A stretch of 64,000 nt of DNA, taken from the NCBI GenBank assembly GCA_028824415.1, contig JAPPDX010000070.1, positions 16,719 through 80,718 on the forward strand, read 5' to 3'. Position numbers and translations under genes: made by a program. Of this stretch, positions 15,596 to 28,829 are shown piece after piece; within the stretch, counting starts at the first letter, position 1, and each line of letters opens with the position of its first letter. Source of the DNA: a bacterium. Its GTDB lineage: Bacteria; Actinomycetota; Acidimicrobiia; Acidimicrobiales; CATQHL01. The notes below the pieces were generated by a model that did not search any database, was not told the DNA's origin, and saw only the letters and a list, made by a program, of their open reading frames with translations.

Positions 15596-16648
15596 TTGCG
15601 CCGGTCCTTCGCGCAAGTAGACGTGTTCACGGCTGTGCCGTACCGGGGCAACCCTCTCGCCGTCGTCGGTGACGCCACCGGTCTCACGACCGAGGAGATG
15701 CAGCGTGTCGCCGCATGGATGAACCTCTCGGAGACCACGTTCCTGCTGGAACCGTGTTCCGAGAACTCCGCCACGGCCGACTACCGGGTGCGGATCTTCA
15801 CGCCCGACCGGGAGTTGCCGTTCGCCGGCCACCCCACCCTGGGCAGCTGCGCCGTGTGGCTCGAGCAGGGCGGCGTGCCCCGCACGCCCGGCGTGATCGT
15901 CCAGGAATGCGGGGCCGGGCTGGTGCAGATCCGCTCCAGCCACAACTCGGGTAGCAGCGCCGGGAACAACCCCGGGACCAGCCCAGATAGCCCCGGGAAC
16001 AACCCCGGTAACAACCCCAGAAACAGCCCCGAGAACAGCCCCGGATCCAGCTCCGGGTCCAGCTCCGATAGCAGCCCCGGGAACAGCCTCGATAGCAGCC
16101 GCCTGGCCTTCGCCGCACCCCCCTTGGTGCGCTCAGGGCCAGTCTCGGCTGATGACCTCGCTGCCGCATGTGCACTCCTGCGCATCGATCCCAACACACA
16201 GGTCGTAAACGCCAACTGGGTCGACAACGGGCCGCCCTGGTTGGGACTGCTGTTGCGGTCAGCCGAGGATGTGCTGAATCTGCGCCCCGAGGCCGCCAAT
16301 CCGCACGACCTGTTCGTCGGCGCGGTGGGCCCATATCCGCCCGGCTCAGCAGCCGACTCAGCCGACCCAGCAGCCGACCCAGCCAACCCGGCAGACTCAC
16401 CAGACTTCGAGGTGCGGGCCTTCTTCCCGGTGCGCGGCGCGCTCGCCGAGGATCCCGTGACCGGCAGTCTCAACGCCTCACTCGGCCAGTGGCTGACCGC
16501 CGCCGGCCACGCCACCGCCCCCTATGTGGCAAGCCAGGGCGCGGCCCTCGGTCGGGACGGCCGGGTCTACATCGACCGGGACCCCGACGGCACGATCTGG
16601 GTCGGCGGCGCGGTCGTCACCTGCATCCAGGGAACCGTCGAGATCTAG
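15596..16648 (+). CDS. PhzF-family isomerase-like protein with two low-complexity insertions
   Basis: TTG start. FAQVDVFTAVPYRGNPLAVV, ETTFL, FAGHPTLG and a C-terminal GRDGRVYI...GGAVV match the PhzF fold. The inserts are SSHNSGSSAGNNPG...SLDSS and GSAADSADPAADPANPADSPD. Confidence 0.85.
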   Translation: MRRSFAQVDVFTAVPYRGNPLAVVGDATGLTTEEMQRVAAWMNLSETTFLLEPCSENSATADYRVRIFTPDRELPFAGHPTLGSCAVWLEQGGVPRTPGVIVQECGAGLVQIRSSHNSGSSAGNNPGTSPDSPGNNPGNNPRNSPENSPGSSSGSSSDSSPGNSLDSSRLAFAAPPLVRSGPVSADDLAAACALLRIDPNTQVVNANWVDNGPPWLGLLLRSAEDVLNLRPEAANPHDLFVGAVGPYPPGSAADSADPAADPANPADSPDFEVRAFFPVRGALAEDPVTGSLNASLGQWLTAAGHATAPYVASQGAALGRDGRVYIDRDPDGTIWVGGAVVTCIQGTVEI

Positions 16649-16750
16649 CGACCGGTCGACCCGTCCGACAGGATGCCGGCCCAGATCGGCCAGTTCTCCG
16701 AACAGTCCCGGACCAAGCGGCGCTGAGCTGTGGTCTGAGAGAATCCGCCC

Positions 16751-16984
16751 GTGCCCGGAAACGCAATCCGTCGCAGCCGGCTCCGTTGCATCACCGTGAT
16801 CCTCTCGGTCGTCCTCGCAGCGGCCGTTCTCGGCGGTGCCTGCGGCTCCGACAATGACACAGGGCCAGTCCGGCCGGTGCGCCTGCCACCGACCACGGTC
16901 GCCGAGGGCGAGCCGCCACCGAGCATCCAGGAGCCGCCGCGACCGGTCGAGCCGCTACCCCCGCCCGAGGCCGAACAGCCGTAG
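16751..16984 (+). CDS. small proline-rich putative lipoprotein
   Basis: GTG start. Signal with lipobox LGGAC. 77 aa. Weak support. Confidence 0.35.
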   Translation: MPGNAIRRSRLRCITVILSVVLAAAVLGGACGSDNDTGPVRPVRLPPTTVAEGEPPPSIQEPPRPVEPLPPPEAEQP

Positions 16985-17028
16985 CTTGGGTGATCCTGTA
17001 ATGGCTATCGCTGACTCCTAGGAAGCCG

Positions 17029-17496
17029 ATGCGTGTGAGATTCGAGCGTTTCGCGCTGCTGATCGTCGCACTGGCACATCTCGCCGCCCAGTTGGCGCAT
17101 GGCTCCAGCCACCTCGCCGCGGATGTGCCGATCACCGCCGCGCAACTCGCCTACGTCATCGTGGTGGTCACGGTGCTGCCGCTCCTCGCCGTCGCGGTGG
17201 CGTTCTGGAAGGACCAGCGATCGGGGGCGCGGCTCTTCGCAGCCGCGATGGCCGCCTCGTTCGTCTTCGGATACCTGTTCCACTTCGTCCTGGACACCGC
17301 CGACCTGCACTCGAACGTCGTCGGCGAACACAGCGACCAGTTCTTCCACTCGGCGCTGAGCCTGGCGCTCATCGAGTTCGCCGGCCTCGTCTACGGTCTC
17401 GCCGTCGCCCTCCGGCACGGTCGGAGCCGGTCGGGTTGGAGCGGAGATTCGACGGCGAGTCCAGGCCAAGACGGCGGCGGCACCGAGAGGTCGTAG
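17029..17496 (+). CDS. hypothetical integral membrane protein (about 4 TM)
   Basis: ATG with an AGGAAG SD. Four hydrophobic segments. Preferred over antisense ORF 17005-17469. Confidence 0.5.
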   Translation: MRVRFERFALLIVALAHLAAQLAHGSSHLAADVPITAAQLAYVIVVVTVLPLLAVAVAFWKDQRSGARLFAAAMAASFVFGYLFHFVLDTADLHSNVVGEHSDQFFHSALSLALIEFAGLVYGLAVALRHGRSRSGWSGDSTASPGQDGGGTERS

Positions 17497-17523
17497 ATCT
17501 CGCCTTCGCGCTCGTCTCAGCGG

Positions 17524-17605
17524 CCCTACAGGTCGAAGGGCACCAGCACCAGCGCCACGACGGGCATCGCCCTACAGGTCGAAGGGCACCAGCACCAGCG
17601 CCACG
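17524..17605. repeat. 36-bp segment duplicated with a 46-bp period, reiterating the antiporter 3' end including the stop
   Basis: ccctacaggtcgaagggcaccagcaccagcgccacg occurs at 17524-17559 and 17570-17605. The second copy holds the real stop (cta at 17572-17574). Confidence 0.9.
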
Positions 17606-20049
17606 GTGGCGTCGCAGCGGCGCAGGACCGTCTCGACGGTGTGACCCAGGAAGGGGCGGTCCCTGAGCCGTCTGAGGTTGGCTCCCATGACGACCAGGTC
17701 GGCCTCGGTCTCCCGCACCAGGTCCAGCAGCTCGACGGCCACCGAGGTGCCGGGGCGAGTGACAAGCTCAGGCTCCACCCCCAGCCCTTCGACGAGCTGG
17801 GCCGCCTGGCCCAGGACCTGCTCGCCGATGTCGGTGGCCCGCGCCGGCGAGCGCAGCATCGCCAGGCGCCGGGGCCGCAGCAGATCCAGCGGCGCTCGCA
17901 ACAGCCTCGTCATCCTGGCCGCCAGCGACCCCATGGCCAGCGACCCCATGGCCGGCAGCCCCGCAGGGCCAAGGGCGGAGCCGCTCTCTGACGGCGTGCC
18001 TGGCTCCACGCTCTCCACCCATCCGCCATCGGTCCCGGGGTCAGGATCGGCGCCGGCTGGGTCTGTCGCGCCCTCAGGGTCGGCCGCCGGCCCGGGAGGC
18101 CCATCGGCGGCCAGCACCCTGACCGCCTCGGCGATCTCCTCGTCGTCGTGCCAGATTCCCGGCCACATCGCGCCGGACGCCACCCCGGGCAAACGCCGCA
18201 GGCCGCCCATCACATCCGCGGAGCCCACGACGTGGGCCAGCACCATCTGCGTGCCGAGCTGGGAACTCAGATGGGCCGCCACCTCGGCCGCGGCGCGGCT
18301 CGCAGGGCCGCCCGAGGCCGGCACCAGAGCCTTGGCGTAGGCCCCCGGCAGCGGGCGATCCAGGTCGCGGGCCCGTCGCACCACCACCACCGGGATGGGG
18401 CTCACCCGCAGCACCTCGTCCACCAGCGGCGAGATCACCTGGCCGATCTCCTCGCTGCTCTCCACACCCATGCCGATCGCCCCGTAGCCCAGGGCGGCCT
18501 CCCGGGCGATGCGCTCGGCCACATCACGCTCCCGCACCCGCTCGAAGTCCAGCTCCCGGCCGTGCAGCACGTTCTCCAGCGGCCCGAAGTCGAACGTCGC
18601 CCGCCGGTCGGCGGCGGTGAACACCGTCACCTCGGCCTCCGGGGGCCACGAGTAGTGCATGAGCTGGGCGGCGGTGATGGAGGCCGGCCCGCCCCGCGAC
18701 GGGATCAGCAGCCGGGACGTGCGCACCACCAGGTTCTCGCTCAGCGCCTTCTCGCGCTCCAGCCGGCGGATCTCCCCCGCGTCGCCACGCCAGTTGAAGA
18801 CCACGATCCGCAGCACCACCGAAGCGAAGAGCGACGTCACCAGCGGCACCAGCACGATGATCGTGAACGACGCCGTGTTGAAGACCCCCAGGCTGAGGCC
18901 CACCGAGGCGATGACGATCTCCAGGGTGCCCCGGGCGTTCAGCCCGGCCCCCAGCGCCATCCCGGCCCGGTGGCTGCGCCCCGCCACCCGAGCCCCGCCG
19001 TAGGCGCCGGCGAACTTGGCCACGATCGCAACCGCCACGATCACAATGGTCCAGGTGAGGATCGTCGGGTCGTCCAGCAACAGCAGGTTCACCTGCAGGC
19101 CGGCGGTGGCGAAGAACACCGGGGCGAAGAACGACGACGTCAAACGCTCGAGGGAATGCTCCAGGCGCTCGTCCACGAAGCGGGAGCGGTGCAGCACCAC
19201 GCCGGCCACGAACGCCCCCACCACCGCCTCGACCCCCAGGCCCTGGGTCACCACCCCGAAGCCCAGCATGGTGACCACCGCCACCGTGACCGCCGCACCC
19301 AGCGAGTCGCTGCTGCGGCGGGTGCGCCGCAGCCAGCGGTCCACCAGCCACTGTCCCACCGTGAGGGCCAGCAACATGAACAGCACCAGGCCGCCGACCG
19401 AGACCAGGATTTCCAACGCGGAGACGCCGCCGGCGGCCACCACACTGGTGAGCACGCCCAGCAGAACCCAGCCCACCACGTCGTTGGCCATGCCGACAGC
19501 CACGGTGATCTGGCCGAAGTCGCGCCGCATGAGCCCCAGGTCGGACAGGATCTTGGCCACCACCGCCAGGGCCGAGACGCTGACGGCCAATGTCACGAAC
19601 AGCACGAACGTGCTGCGCGTGGCCTCGGGGCCCAGGAACTCGCCCGGGATCCGCCAGCCCACGGCGCTTCCTGCGGCCGCCGGCACCAGCATGCTGCCCA
19701 GCGCCACCAGCACGGCGGGGCGACCCAGCTTGGTGATCAGGCCCAGGTCGGTCTCGAAGCCCGCCAGCACCAGCAGCAGCGCCACGCCGATCCAGCTCAC
19801 GGTCAGAAGCGCGGCCGCCTGCTCGCCGCCGGCGGGCAGGAACCATGCGAACTGCTCGGGGAAGTAGTGACCGAACAGCGACGGGCCGAGGATCACGCCC
19901 GCGCCCAACTCGCCGATGACCCGCGGCAGGCCCAGTTGCACCATCACCCAGCCGAGGGTGCGGGCGCCGACCACCAGGGCCAGCAGCTGCACCCAGAAGA
20001 CCAGCAGGTCGTACTCGGCGTGCGCCAGGTCGGCGGTGGCGGCCAGCAT
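17572..20049 (-). CDS. CPA2-family cation/H+ antiporter fused to C-terminal universal stress protein (Usp) domains
   Basis: 825 aa. The N-terminal ~400 aa is a multi-TM Na+/H+ exchanger pattern (GELGAGVILGPS...). The C-terminal Usp-like regions are interrupted by a Pro/Gly/Asp-rich insert. Confidence 0.9.
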   Translation of the reverse strand: MLAATADLAHAEYDLLVFWVQLLALVVGARTLGWVMVQLGLPRVIGELGAGVILGPSLFGHYFPEQFAWFLPAGGEQAAALLTVSWIGVALLLVLAGFETDLGLITKLGRPAVLVALGSMLVPAAAGSAVGWRIPGEFLGPEATRSTFVLFVTLAVSVSALAVVAKILSDLGLMRRDFGQITVAVGMANDVVGWVLLGVLTSVVAAGGVSALEILVSVGGLVLFMLLALTVGQWLVDRWLRRTRRSSDSLGAAVTVAVVTMLGFGVVTQGLGVEAVVGAFVAGVVLHRSRFVDERLEHSLERLTSSFFAPVFFATAGLQVNLLLLDDPTILTWTIVIVAVAIVAKFAGAYGGARVAGRSHRAGMALGAGLNARGTLEIVIASVGLSLGVFNTASFTIIVLVPLVTSLFASVVLRIVVFNWRGDAGEIRRLEREKALSENLVVRTSRLLIPSRGGPASITAAQLMHYSWPPEAEVTVFTAADRRATFDFGPLENVLHGRELDFERVRERDVAERIAREAALGYGAIGMGVESSEEIGQVISPLVDEVLRVSPIPVVVVRRARDLDRPLPGAYAKALVPASGGPASRAAAEVAAHLSSQLGTQMVLAHVVGSADVMGGLRRLPGVASGAMWPGIWHDDEEIAEAVRVLAADGPPGPAADPEGATDPAGADPDPGTDGGWVESVEPGTPSESGSALGPAGLPAMGSLAMGSLAARMTRLLRAPLDLLRPRRLAMLRSPARATDIGEQVLGQAAQLVEGLGVEPELVTRPGTSVAVELLDLVRETEADLVVMGANLRRLRDRPFLGHTVETVLRRCDATVALVLVPFDL

Positions 20050-20116
20050 CAGGAGCCACCGTCCCCGGCGGCTCTGCGGGACCGATCATGGACCACACCG
20101 GTCGTGCCCTGCGCAG

Positions 20117-20167
20117 CTGGGCTCCGGCCCCGGATCGAGTCCGGGACAGGCTCTTCGCCGGAACGAC
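20117..20167. repeat. composite REP-like element (degenerate outer arms with a nested CCCCGGATCGAGTCCGGG hairpin)
   Basis: ctgggctccggccccggatcgagtccgggacaggctcttcgccggaacgac has the same architecture as 40202-40252. Confidence 0.75.
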
Positions 20168-20212
20168 GACGGGCATGAGCCGCGGAGTGACCGATCACCG
20201 GCGCGCCTGCTC

Positions 20213-20989
20213 TCACACGTCGAAGTCCACCACGAGCGGGGCGTGGTCGGAGGGTTTGGTGCCCTTGCGGGCGTTGCGGTCCACGACGATGCCGCCGGCA
20301 CGGCCGGCCAGCGCCTCGGTGGCCAGCACGTGGTCGATGCGCATGCCCTGGCGCTTGTGGAAGCGGCCCGCCTGGTAGTCCCAGAACGTGTAGAGGCCGT
20401 CGATGTCGGGATAACGCCGCCGGAACACGTCCACCAGGCCCCAGTCGCAGACGGCCCGCCAGGCCTCCCGCTCCGGCAAAGTCACATGGGTGGACTCGGC
20501 GAACACCTCGATGTCCCAGACATCCCGGTCCTCGGGCGCCACGTTGAAGTCGCCGGCCACGACGACGTCGGCCGCGGGGTCGCAGACCGACTCCAGGTGA
20601 GCCCGCAGCCAGCCGTACCAGGCCAGCTTGTACCGGTAGTGGTCGTGGCCCACCTCGCGGCCGTTGGGCACGTACACGCTGGCGACCCTCACCCCGCCGC
20701 AGGTGGCCCACACGATGCGGGCGTCGGGGTCCTCGCCGGCCCCGTCGGCGAACCCGGCAGCGGGGTCCTCCAGGCCGAGGCGGCTGCAGATGGCCACCCC
20801 GTTCCAGCGGCCCTCGCCGTGGTGCACACTCTCGTAGCCCAGCGCCTCGAACGCCATGTGGGGGAAGTCCTCAGTGGCGAGCTTCGTCTCCTGCATGCAC
20901 AGAACGTCGGGCTCGACGGCCGCCAGCCAGGGCTCCACCCGCTCCATCCGTGCCCGCAGCGAGTTCACGTTCCAAGTCGCCAGGCGCAT
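20213..20989 (-). CDS. xthA: exodeoxyribonuclease III
   Basis: Start moved to ATG 20989 (MRLATWNVNSLRARMERV...). LCMQETK and a C-terminal SDHAPLVVDF match. 258 aa. Confidence 0.9.
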   Translation of the reverse strand: MRLATWNVNSLRARMERVEPWLAAVEPDVLCMQETKLATEDFPHMAFEALGYESVHHGEGRWNGVAICSRLGLEDPAAGFADGAGEDPDARIVWATCGGVRVASVYVPNGREVGHDHYRYKLAWYGWLRAHLESVCDPAADVVVAGDFNVAPEDRDVWDIEVFAESTHVTLPEREAWRAVCDWGLVDVFRRRYPDIDGLYTFWDYQAGRFHKRQGMRIDHVLATEALAGRAGGIVVDRNARKGTKPSDHAPLVVDFDV

Positions 20990-21044
20990 CCGCGCAGAGT
21001 AGCCCGCAACACCGCACTGGACCGGCGGCCCACGCCCAACTCCA

Positions 21045-21478
21045 CTGGATTCCGGCCTACACCGGAATGACACAGAACGAGGGCGGGGGACGCCGGGAGC
21101 CGGCGCCACTCGGTGCACCCCCGACTGGATTCCGGCCTACGCCGGAATGACGAGGAACGAGGGCGGAAGACACCGGGGGCGAAGTCTGGATCGATTTACG
21201 CAGGCGACAGATGGACTCGCCACCAGCGGCCCGCGCCCGGACGGACACAGACCAACGAGGGCGAGGGACGCCGGGGGCCGGCGCCGGATTTCGCCAGACG
21301 ATCCGCCGACGGACACCCGCGGCCCACGCCCGGACAGACACAGACCAATGAGGGCGGGGGACGCCGGGGGCCGGCGCCGGATCGATTTCGCCAGACGATC
21401 CGCCGACGGACACCGGCGGCCCGCGCCCGGACCGCCGCGGCCGACTCGCAGCCGACTCGCAGCCGACTCGCAGCCGAA
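21045..21478. repeat. complex intergenic repeat array: 2 REP cores plus 4 copies of a ~80-97-bp unit (..gaAYGAGGGCGRGGGACGCCGGGRGCCGGCGCC..) plus a 12-bp x3 repeat (ccgactcgcagc)
   Basis: REP cores at 21045-21071 and 21125-21151. The GAGGGCG..GCCGGCGCC module recurs near 21078, 21158, 21258 and 21350. The 12-mer repeat spans 21441-21476. Confidence 0.8.
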
Positions 21479-21503
21479 CAGAGCACTCTCGTAGACTCGA
21501 CCC

Positions 21504-25304
<3,801 letters not shown>

Positions 25305-25324
25305 GCCGGCGGTCCGGGCCGGGC

Positions 25325-26635
25325 TCAGCGGTCGGCCAGAACCCCCCGCAACGGCAACTCCACCAGGCCGCGGAACGCCACGTTGGGGTGCCAGCGGTTC
25401 TGGAAGTCCTCGGCCAGGTGCAACTCGTCGAACCGGTCGAACAGCATCTCGAAGGCGACGCGGCCCTCGAGGCGGGCCAGGGCGGCCCCGATGCAGTAGT
25501 GGGGGCCGCCGCCGAAGCTCATCGGGAACACGTCGGGGCGGGTCACGTCCAGCTCGTCGGGGCGGTCCCACTGCTCGGGGTCGCGGTTGGCCGAGCCCAG
25601 GAACGCCGTCACCGGTGTGCCCTTGGGGATCTCCCGGCCGCCGATCAGGATGTCGCAGGTGGTGATGCGACGCACCCGCTGCACCGGGCTGTCGTAGCGC
25701 AGCAACTCCTCCACCGCGCCCGGCAGCAGCTCCGGTTGGCGGCGGAGCGTCGCCAACTGGTCCGGGTGGCGCAGCAGCGACAGCGTGCCGTTGCCGATGA
25801 GGTTGGTGGTGGTCTCGTGACCGGCGAAGAGCAGGTTGATGGACGTCGCCACCAACTCGTCCTCGTTGAGCCGGTCGCCCCCGTCCACGGCATCCACCAG
25901 ATCGCTGAGCAGGTCATCGCGCGGTCGTTGCCGGCGCTCGACGACCAGCGCCCGCAGGTAGGCTCGGAACTCCGCCAGCGCCACGTCGAGCTCCTTGGCC
26001 AGGTCCGGGTGGGCGACCGACGAACCGGTGTAGGCCACCACCGCCTTCGACCAGCGCTTCAGATCGGCGTGATCGCTGTCGCCGACGCCGTAGAGCTCGC
26101 CGATGACCGCCACCGGCAGCGGGTACGCAAGGGACTCGATCAGATCGAAGCCCACGACGCCGTCGCCGTCCCCGTCGCCGAGGTCGTCCAGCAGCCTCTC
26201 GGCACGGGCGCGCACCTTGTCCTCCAGCATCGCGACGCGCCGCGGGGTGAACGCCTTGGACAGCAGCCGGCGCAGGCGGGTGTGCACTGGCGGATCCTGC
26301 GTGGAGATGTTCACCGTCCGGAAGTGGTCGATGACCGTGGGGATCTGGGGTCGCAGATCATCCGGCAGCTGGCTCAGGAAGAAGCTGTCCCAGCCGACGC
26401 TGGAGAAGATCTCCCAGGTGCGGGCGATCTCGACGACGAGTTCGCCCCGGCTCACGAGCCATTGCCCGAAGTACGGACTCCAGTACACGGGCGCCTCGTC
26501 GCGCAGGCGGGCGTAGACGGGATACGGGTCGGTGGTGAACGAGGGCGGGTGCAGAGCCGCCTCGACCGCCTCGTCGCCGTCGGGCAAGGGACCGGGCGCC
26601 AGGTCGGGCGGGCCGACGACGGTCGCGCTGGTCAT
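25325..26635 (-). CDS. cytochrome P450
   Basis: 436 aa. Heme-binding FGGGPHYCIGAALAR, I-helix LLFAGHETT and ExxR (EELLRYDSP). Confidence 0.95.
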   Translation of the reverse strand: MTSATVVGPPDLAPGPLPDGDEAVEAALHPPSFTTDPYPVYARLRDEAPVYWSPYFGQWLVSRGELVVEIARTWEIFSSVGWDSFFLSQLPDDLRPQIPTVIDHFRTVNISTQDPPVHTRLRRLLSKAFTPRRVAMLEDKVRARAERLLDDLGDGDGDGVVGFDLIESLAYPLPVAVIGELYGVGDSDHADLKRWSKAVVAYTGSSVAHPDLAKELDVALAEFRAYLRALVVERRQRPRDDLLSDLVDAVDGGDRLNEDELVATSINLLFAGHETTTNLIGNGTLSLLRHPDQLATLRRQPELLPGAVEELLRYDSPVQRVRRITTCDILIGGREIPKGTPVTAFLGSANRDPEQWDRPDELDVTRPDVFPMSFGGGPHYCIGAALARLEGRVAFEMLFDRFDELHLAEDFQNRWHPNVAFRGLVELPLRGVLADR

Positions 26636-26833
26636 CGGCTCAGAGTAGTTCAGACTGGTTCAGGCCGGTTCCGGCGGCGACAGCCCGGCCACCGCACGGG
26701 ATTCGGCCCCGAGTGGCCCGTAAGCGGAACTTTGGCTGCCACGGGAGGACCCCCGGCGCGTCGCCGCCTGAAAGGCGCGGACGTCGCCGCGGTGCGGCCC
26801 GGGGCACCGGCGGGGCGTCGGTACGATGCGGGC

Positions 26834-28621
26834 GTGGGTCGCCTTGCCGAGATGATCGCCGCCTCGGCCGGCGCCCTGAGCCGGGCCACCGGGCGCGGTG
26901 GAGGCACCAGCCTGCCGGGCATGGTCCTGAACCGGCTGGAACCGGGTGCGCTGGCCCGGCTCGGCGGCGGGCTCGGCGGCGGCGCCGTGTACATCTCGGC
27001 CACCAACGGCAAGACCACCACCGCCCGCTTGCTGAGCGCCTGCCTGCGCGCCGACGGCCGGGACGTCACGGCCAACGCCGCCGGCGCCAACCTGGCGAGC
27101 GGCGTGACAACGGCGCTGCTGGTCCGGGAGCGACACCGGCGCTCAGCCGAGCGAGCCGGACGCCGCACGGTGGGCCTCCTCCACCGGCCGGCCTCCCCCC
27201 GACACGCCGGCAGCACCCTCGGCCGCGACGGCACGAAAAGCCCCGGCAGCCTTAAGACCCGCGACGGCGCCGACGGCGCCGAGCGCGGCGACCACCACGC
27301 AGGCGCGCACGGCCGCGACAACGCGGACGCCCAAGTGACGGGTTGCGGCGGGATCGGCGTCTTCGAGGTGGACGAGGGTGCGCTGCCCGCGATTGCCGGT
27401 TCGCTGCAACCCCGGGCCGTGGTGCTGATGAACCTGTTCCGAGACCAGCTCGACCGCTACGGCGAGCTGGAGGCCATCGCCGAGCGCTGGGGCGACCTGC
27501 TCGCCGGCCGCAGCCTGGGACCGGCCACCACGCTGGTCCTGAACGCCGACGATCCGGCGCTGGCCCACCTCGGCTCGCTCCGGAACCCTGCACCCATGTT
27601 CCAGCCGTACTGGCCGGAGGGGGCGCCCGAGAGCATCGCCGGCGACCCCGCTGATGCTCCGGCAACCCGGCCACCGGCGCCGGCGGGGGCACCGGAGGCC
27701 GCCGGCGCGAACCCTCCCGAGCCGACCGCATCGGCGGGATTCCTGCCGCCGGCGCTGGAACGGATCGGAGGCGATCCCCCGAACGTGGTGCTGTTCGGCA
27801 TCGACGACCCGGACGTCGGGCGTCCCGATCTGCCGCATGCCGCCGACACGGTGCGCTGCGTCAACTGCGGCGGCCCGCTGAGCCACGACCTGGTGACCGT
27901 CGGGCACCTCGGCCACTGGCGCTGCGAGGCCTGCGGCCTGCAGCGACCCCAACCCCACATCAGCGCCCGTCGCGTGCGGCTCGACGGCCTCGACCGCCTG
28001 GAGTTGACGATCGCGGGAACCGACGGCCCCGGCGGCGCCGACCTCGAGATCAGCGCCGCCCTGGGAGGCCTGCACAACGCCTACAACGTGACCGCCGCGA
28101 TCGCGGCGGCGGTCGCACTGGGCGTTCCCGCCGAGGCCGTCACCGAAGGCATCGCCGGGGTGCAGGCGGCGTTCGGCCGGGCCGAGCAGGTGGGGCTCGA
28201 CGGGCGCACGCTGAGGCTGCTCCTGGCCAAGAACCCCACCGGCGCCAACGAGAACATCCGCTGCCTGCTGGCCGAGCCCGGGCCGCTGAACCTGCTGGTG
28301 GCACTCAACGACCGCACCGCCGACGGGCGCGACCCGTCGTGGATCTGGGACGTGGACTACGAACCGCTGTGGGATCGCATCGGCAGCCTCACCCTGGCGG
28401 GCGACCGCTGCTGGGAACTGGCCCTGCGGTTCTCCTACGGCGGGCTGGACCCGGCGCGCTTCGAGGTGCGGGAGAGCCTGCCGGAAGCACTCGACAGCGC
28501 TGTGGCCGCCACCCCGCCCGGCGGCGTGCTGTACGCGCTGCCCACCTACACGGCCCTGCTGGACCTGCGCGCCGAACTGGTGCGCCGCGGCGCCACCCAC
28601 GACTTCTGGCAGGAGACATGA
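26834..28621 (+). CDS. murT: MurT-like Mur ligase family protein (lipid II isoglutaminyl synthase subunit) with low-complexity insertions
   Basis: Only the 3' part of ORF 24425-28621 is credible. Start GTG 26834 (or ATG 26852). ATNGKTTTA P-loop, Cys4 ribbon CVNCGG...WRCEACG and a C-terminal DUF1727-like DGRDPSWIWDVDYE. Confidence 0.8.
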   Translation: MGRLAEMIAASAGALSRATGRGGGTSLPGMVLNRLEPGALARLGGGLGGGAVYISATNGKTTTARLLSACLRADGRDVTANAAGANLASGVTTALLVRERHRRSAERAGRRTVGLLHRPASPRHAGSTLGRDGTKSPGSLKTRDGADGAERGDHHAGAHGRDNADAQVTGCGGIGVFEVDEGALPAIAGSLQPRAVVLMNLFRDQLDRYGELEAIAERWGDLLAGRSLGPATTLVLNADDPALAHLGSLRNPAPMFQPYWPEGAPESIAGDPADAPATRPPAPAGAPEAAGANPPEPTASAGFLPPALERIGGDPPNVVLFGIDDPDVGRPDLPHAADTVRCVNCGGPLSHDLVTVGHLGHWRCEACGLQRPQPHISARRVRLDGLDRLELTIAGTDGPGGADLEISAALGGLHNAYNVTAAIAAAVALGVPAEAVTEGIAGVQAAFGRAEQVGLDGRTLRLLLAKNPTGANENIRCLLAEPGPLNLLVALNDRTADGRDPSWIWDVDYEPLWDRIGSLTLAGDRCWELALRFSYGGLDPARFEVRESLPEALDSAVAATPPGGVLYALPTYTALLDLRAELVRRGATHDFWQET

Positions 28622-28829
28622 GCTCTCCTGCTGCGGGCACGTCTGTGGCAGCACGGCAGTCCGGTGCCCGCTACACGAGACGCGTGCGTGATCCGGGCGC
28701 GCCCAACCCGAGCACCTGCCGCCCCGCGGGACACCGCCGGGGCGCCGGCGAGACGCCCATGAGCGCCCCCACGATGCGGCCGACCCACCGCCCGGTCCGC
28801 TGCAACTCTGAGACCAGAGCGAGGCGCCC

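Noticed and set aside
18148-20178. Plus-strand 676-aa ORF and an out-of-frame minus 550-aa ORF over the antiporter gene
   Set aside because: The 825-aa minus-strand frame has a clear multi-TM CPA2 pattern plus Usp domains. The alternatives are His/Arg/Gly/Pro-rich shadows.
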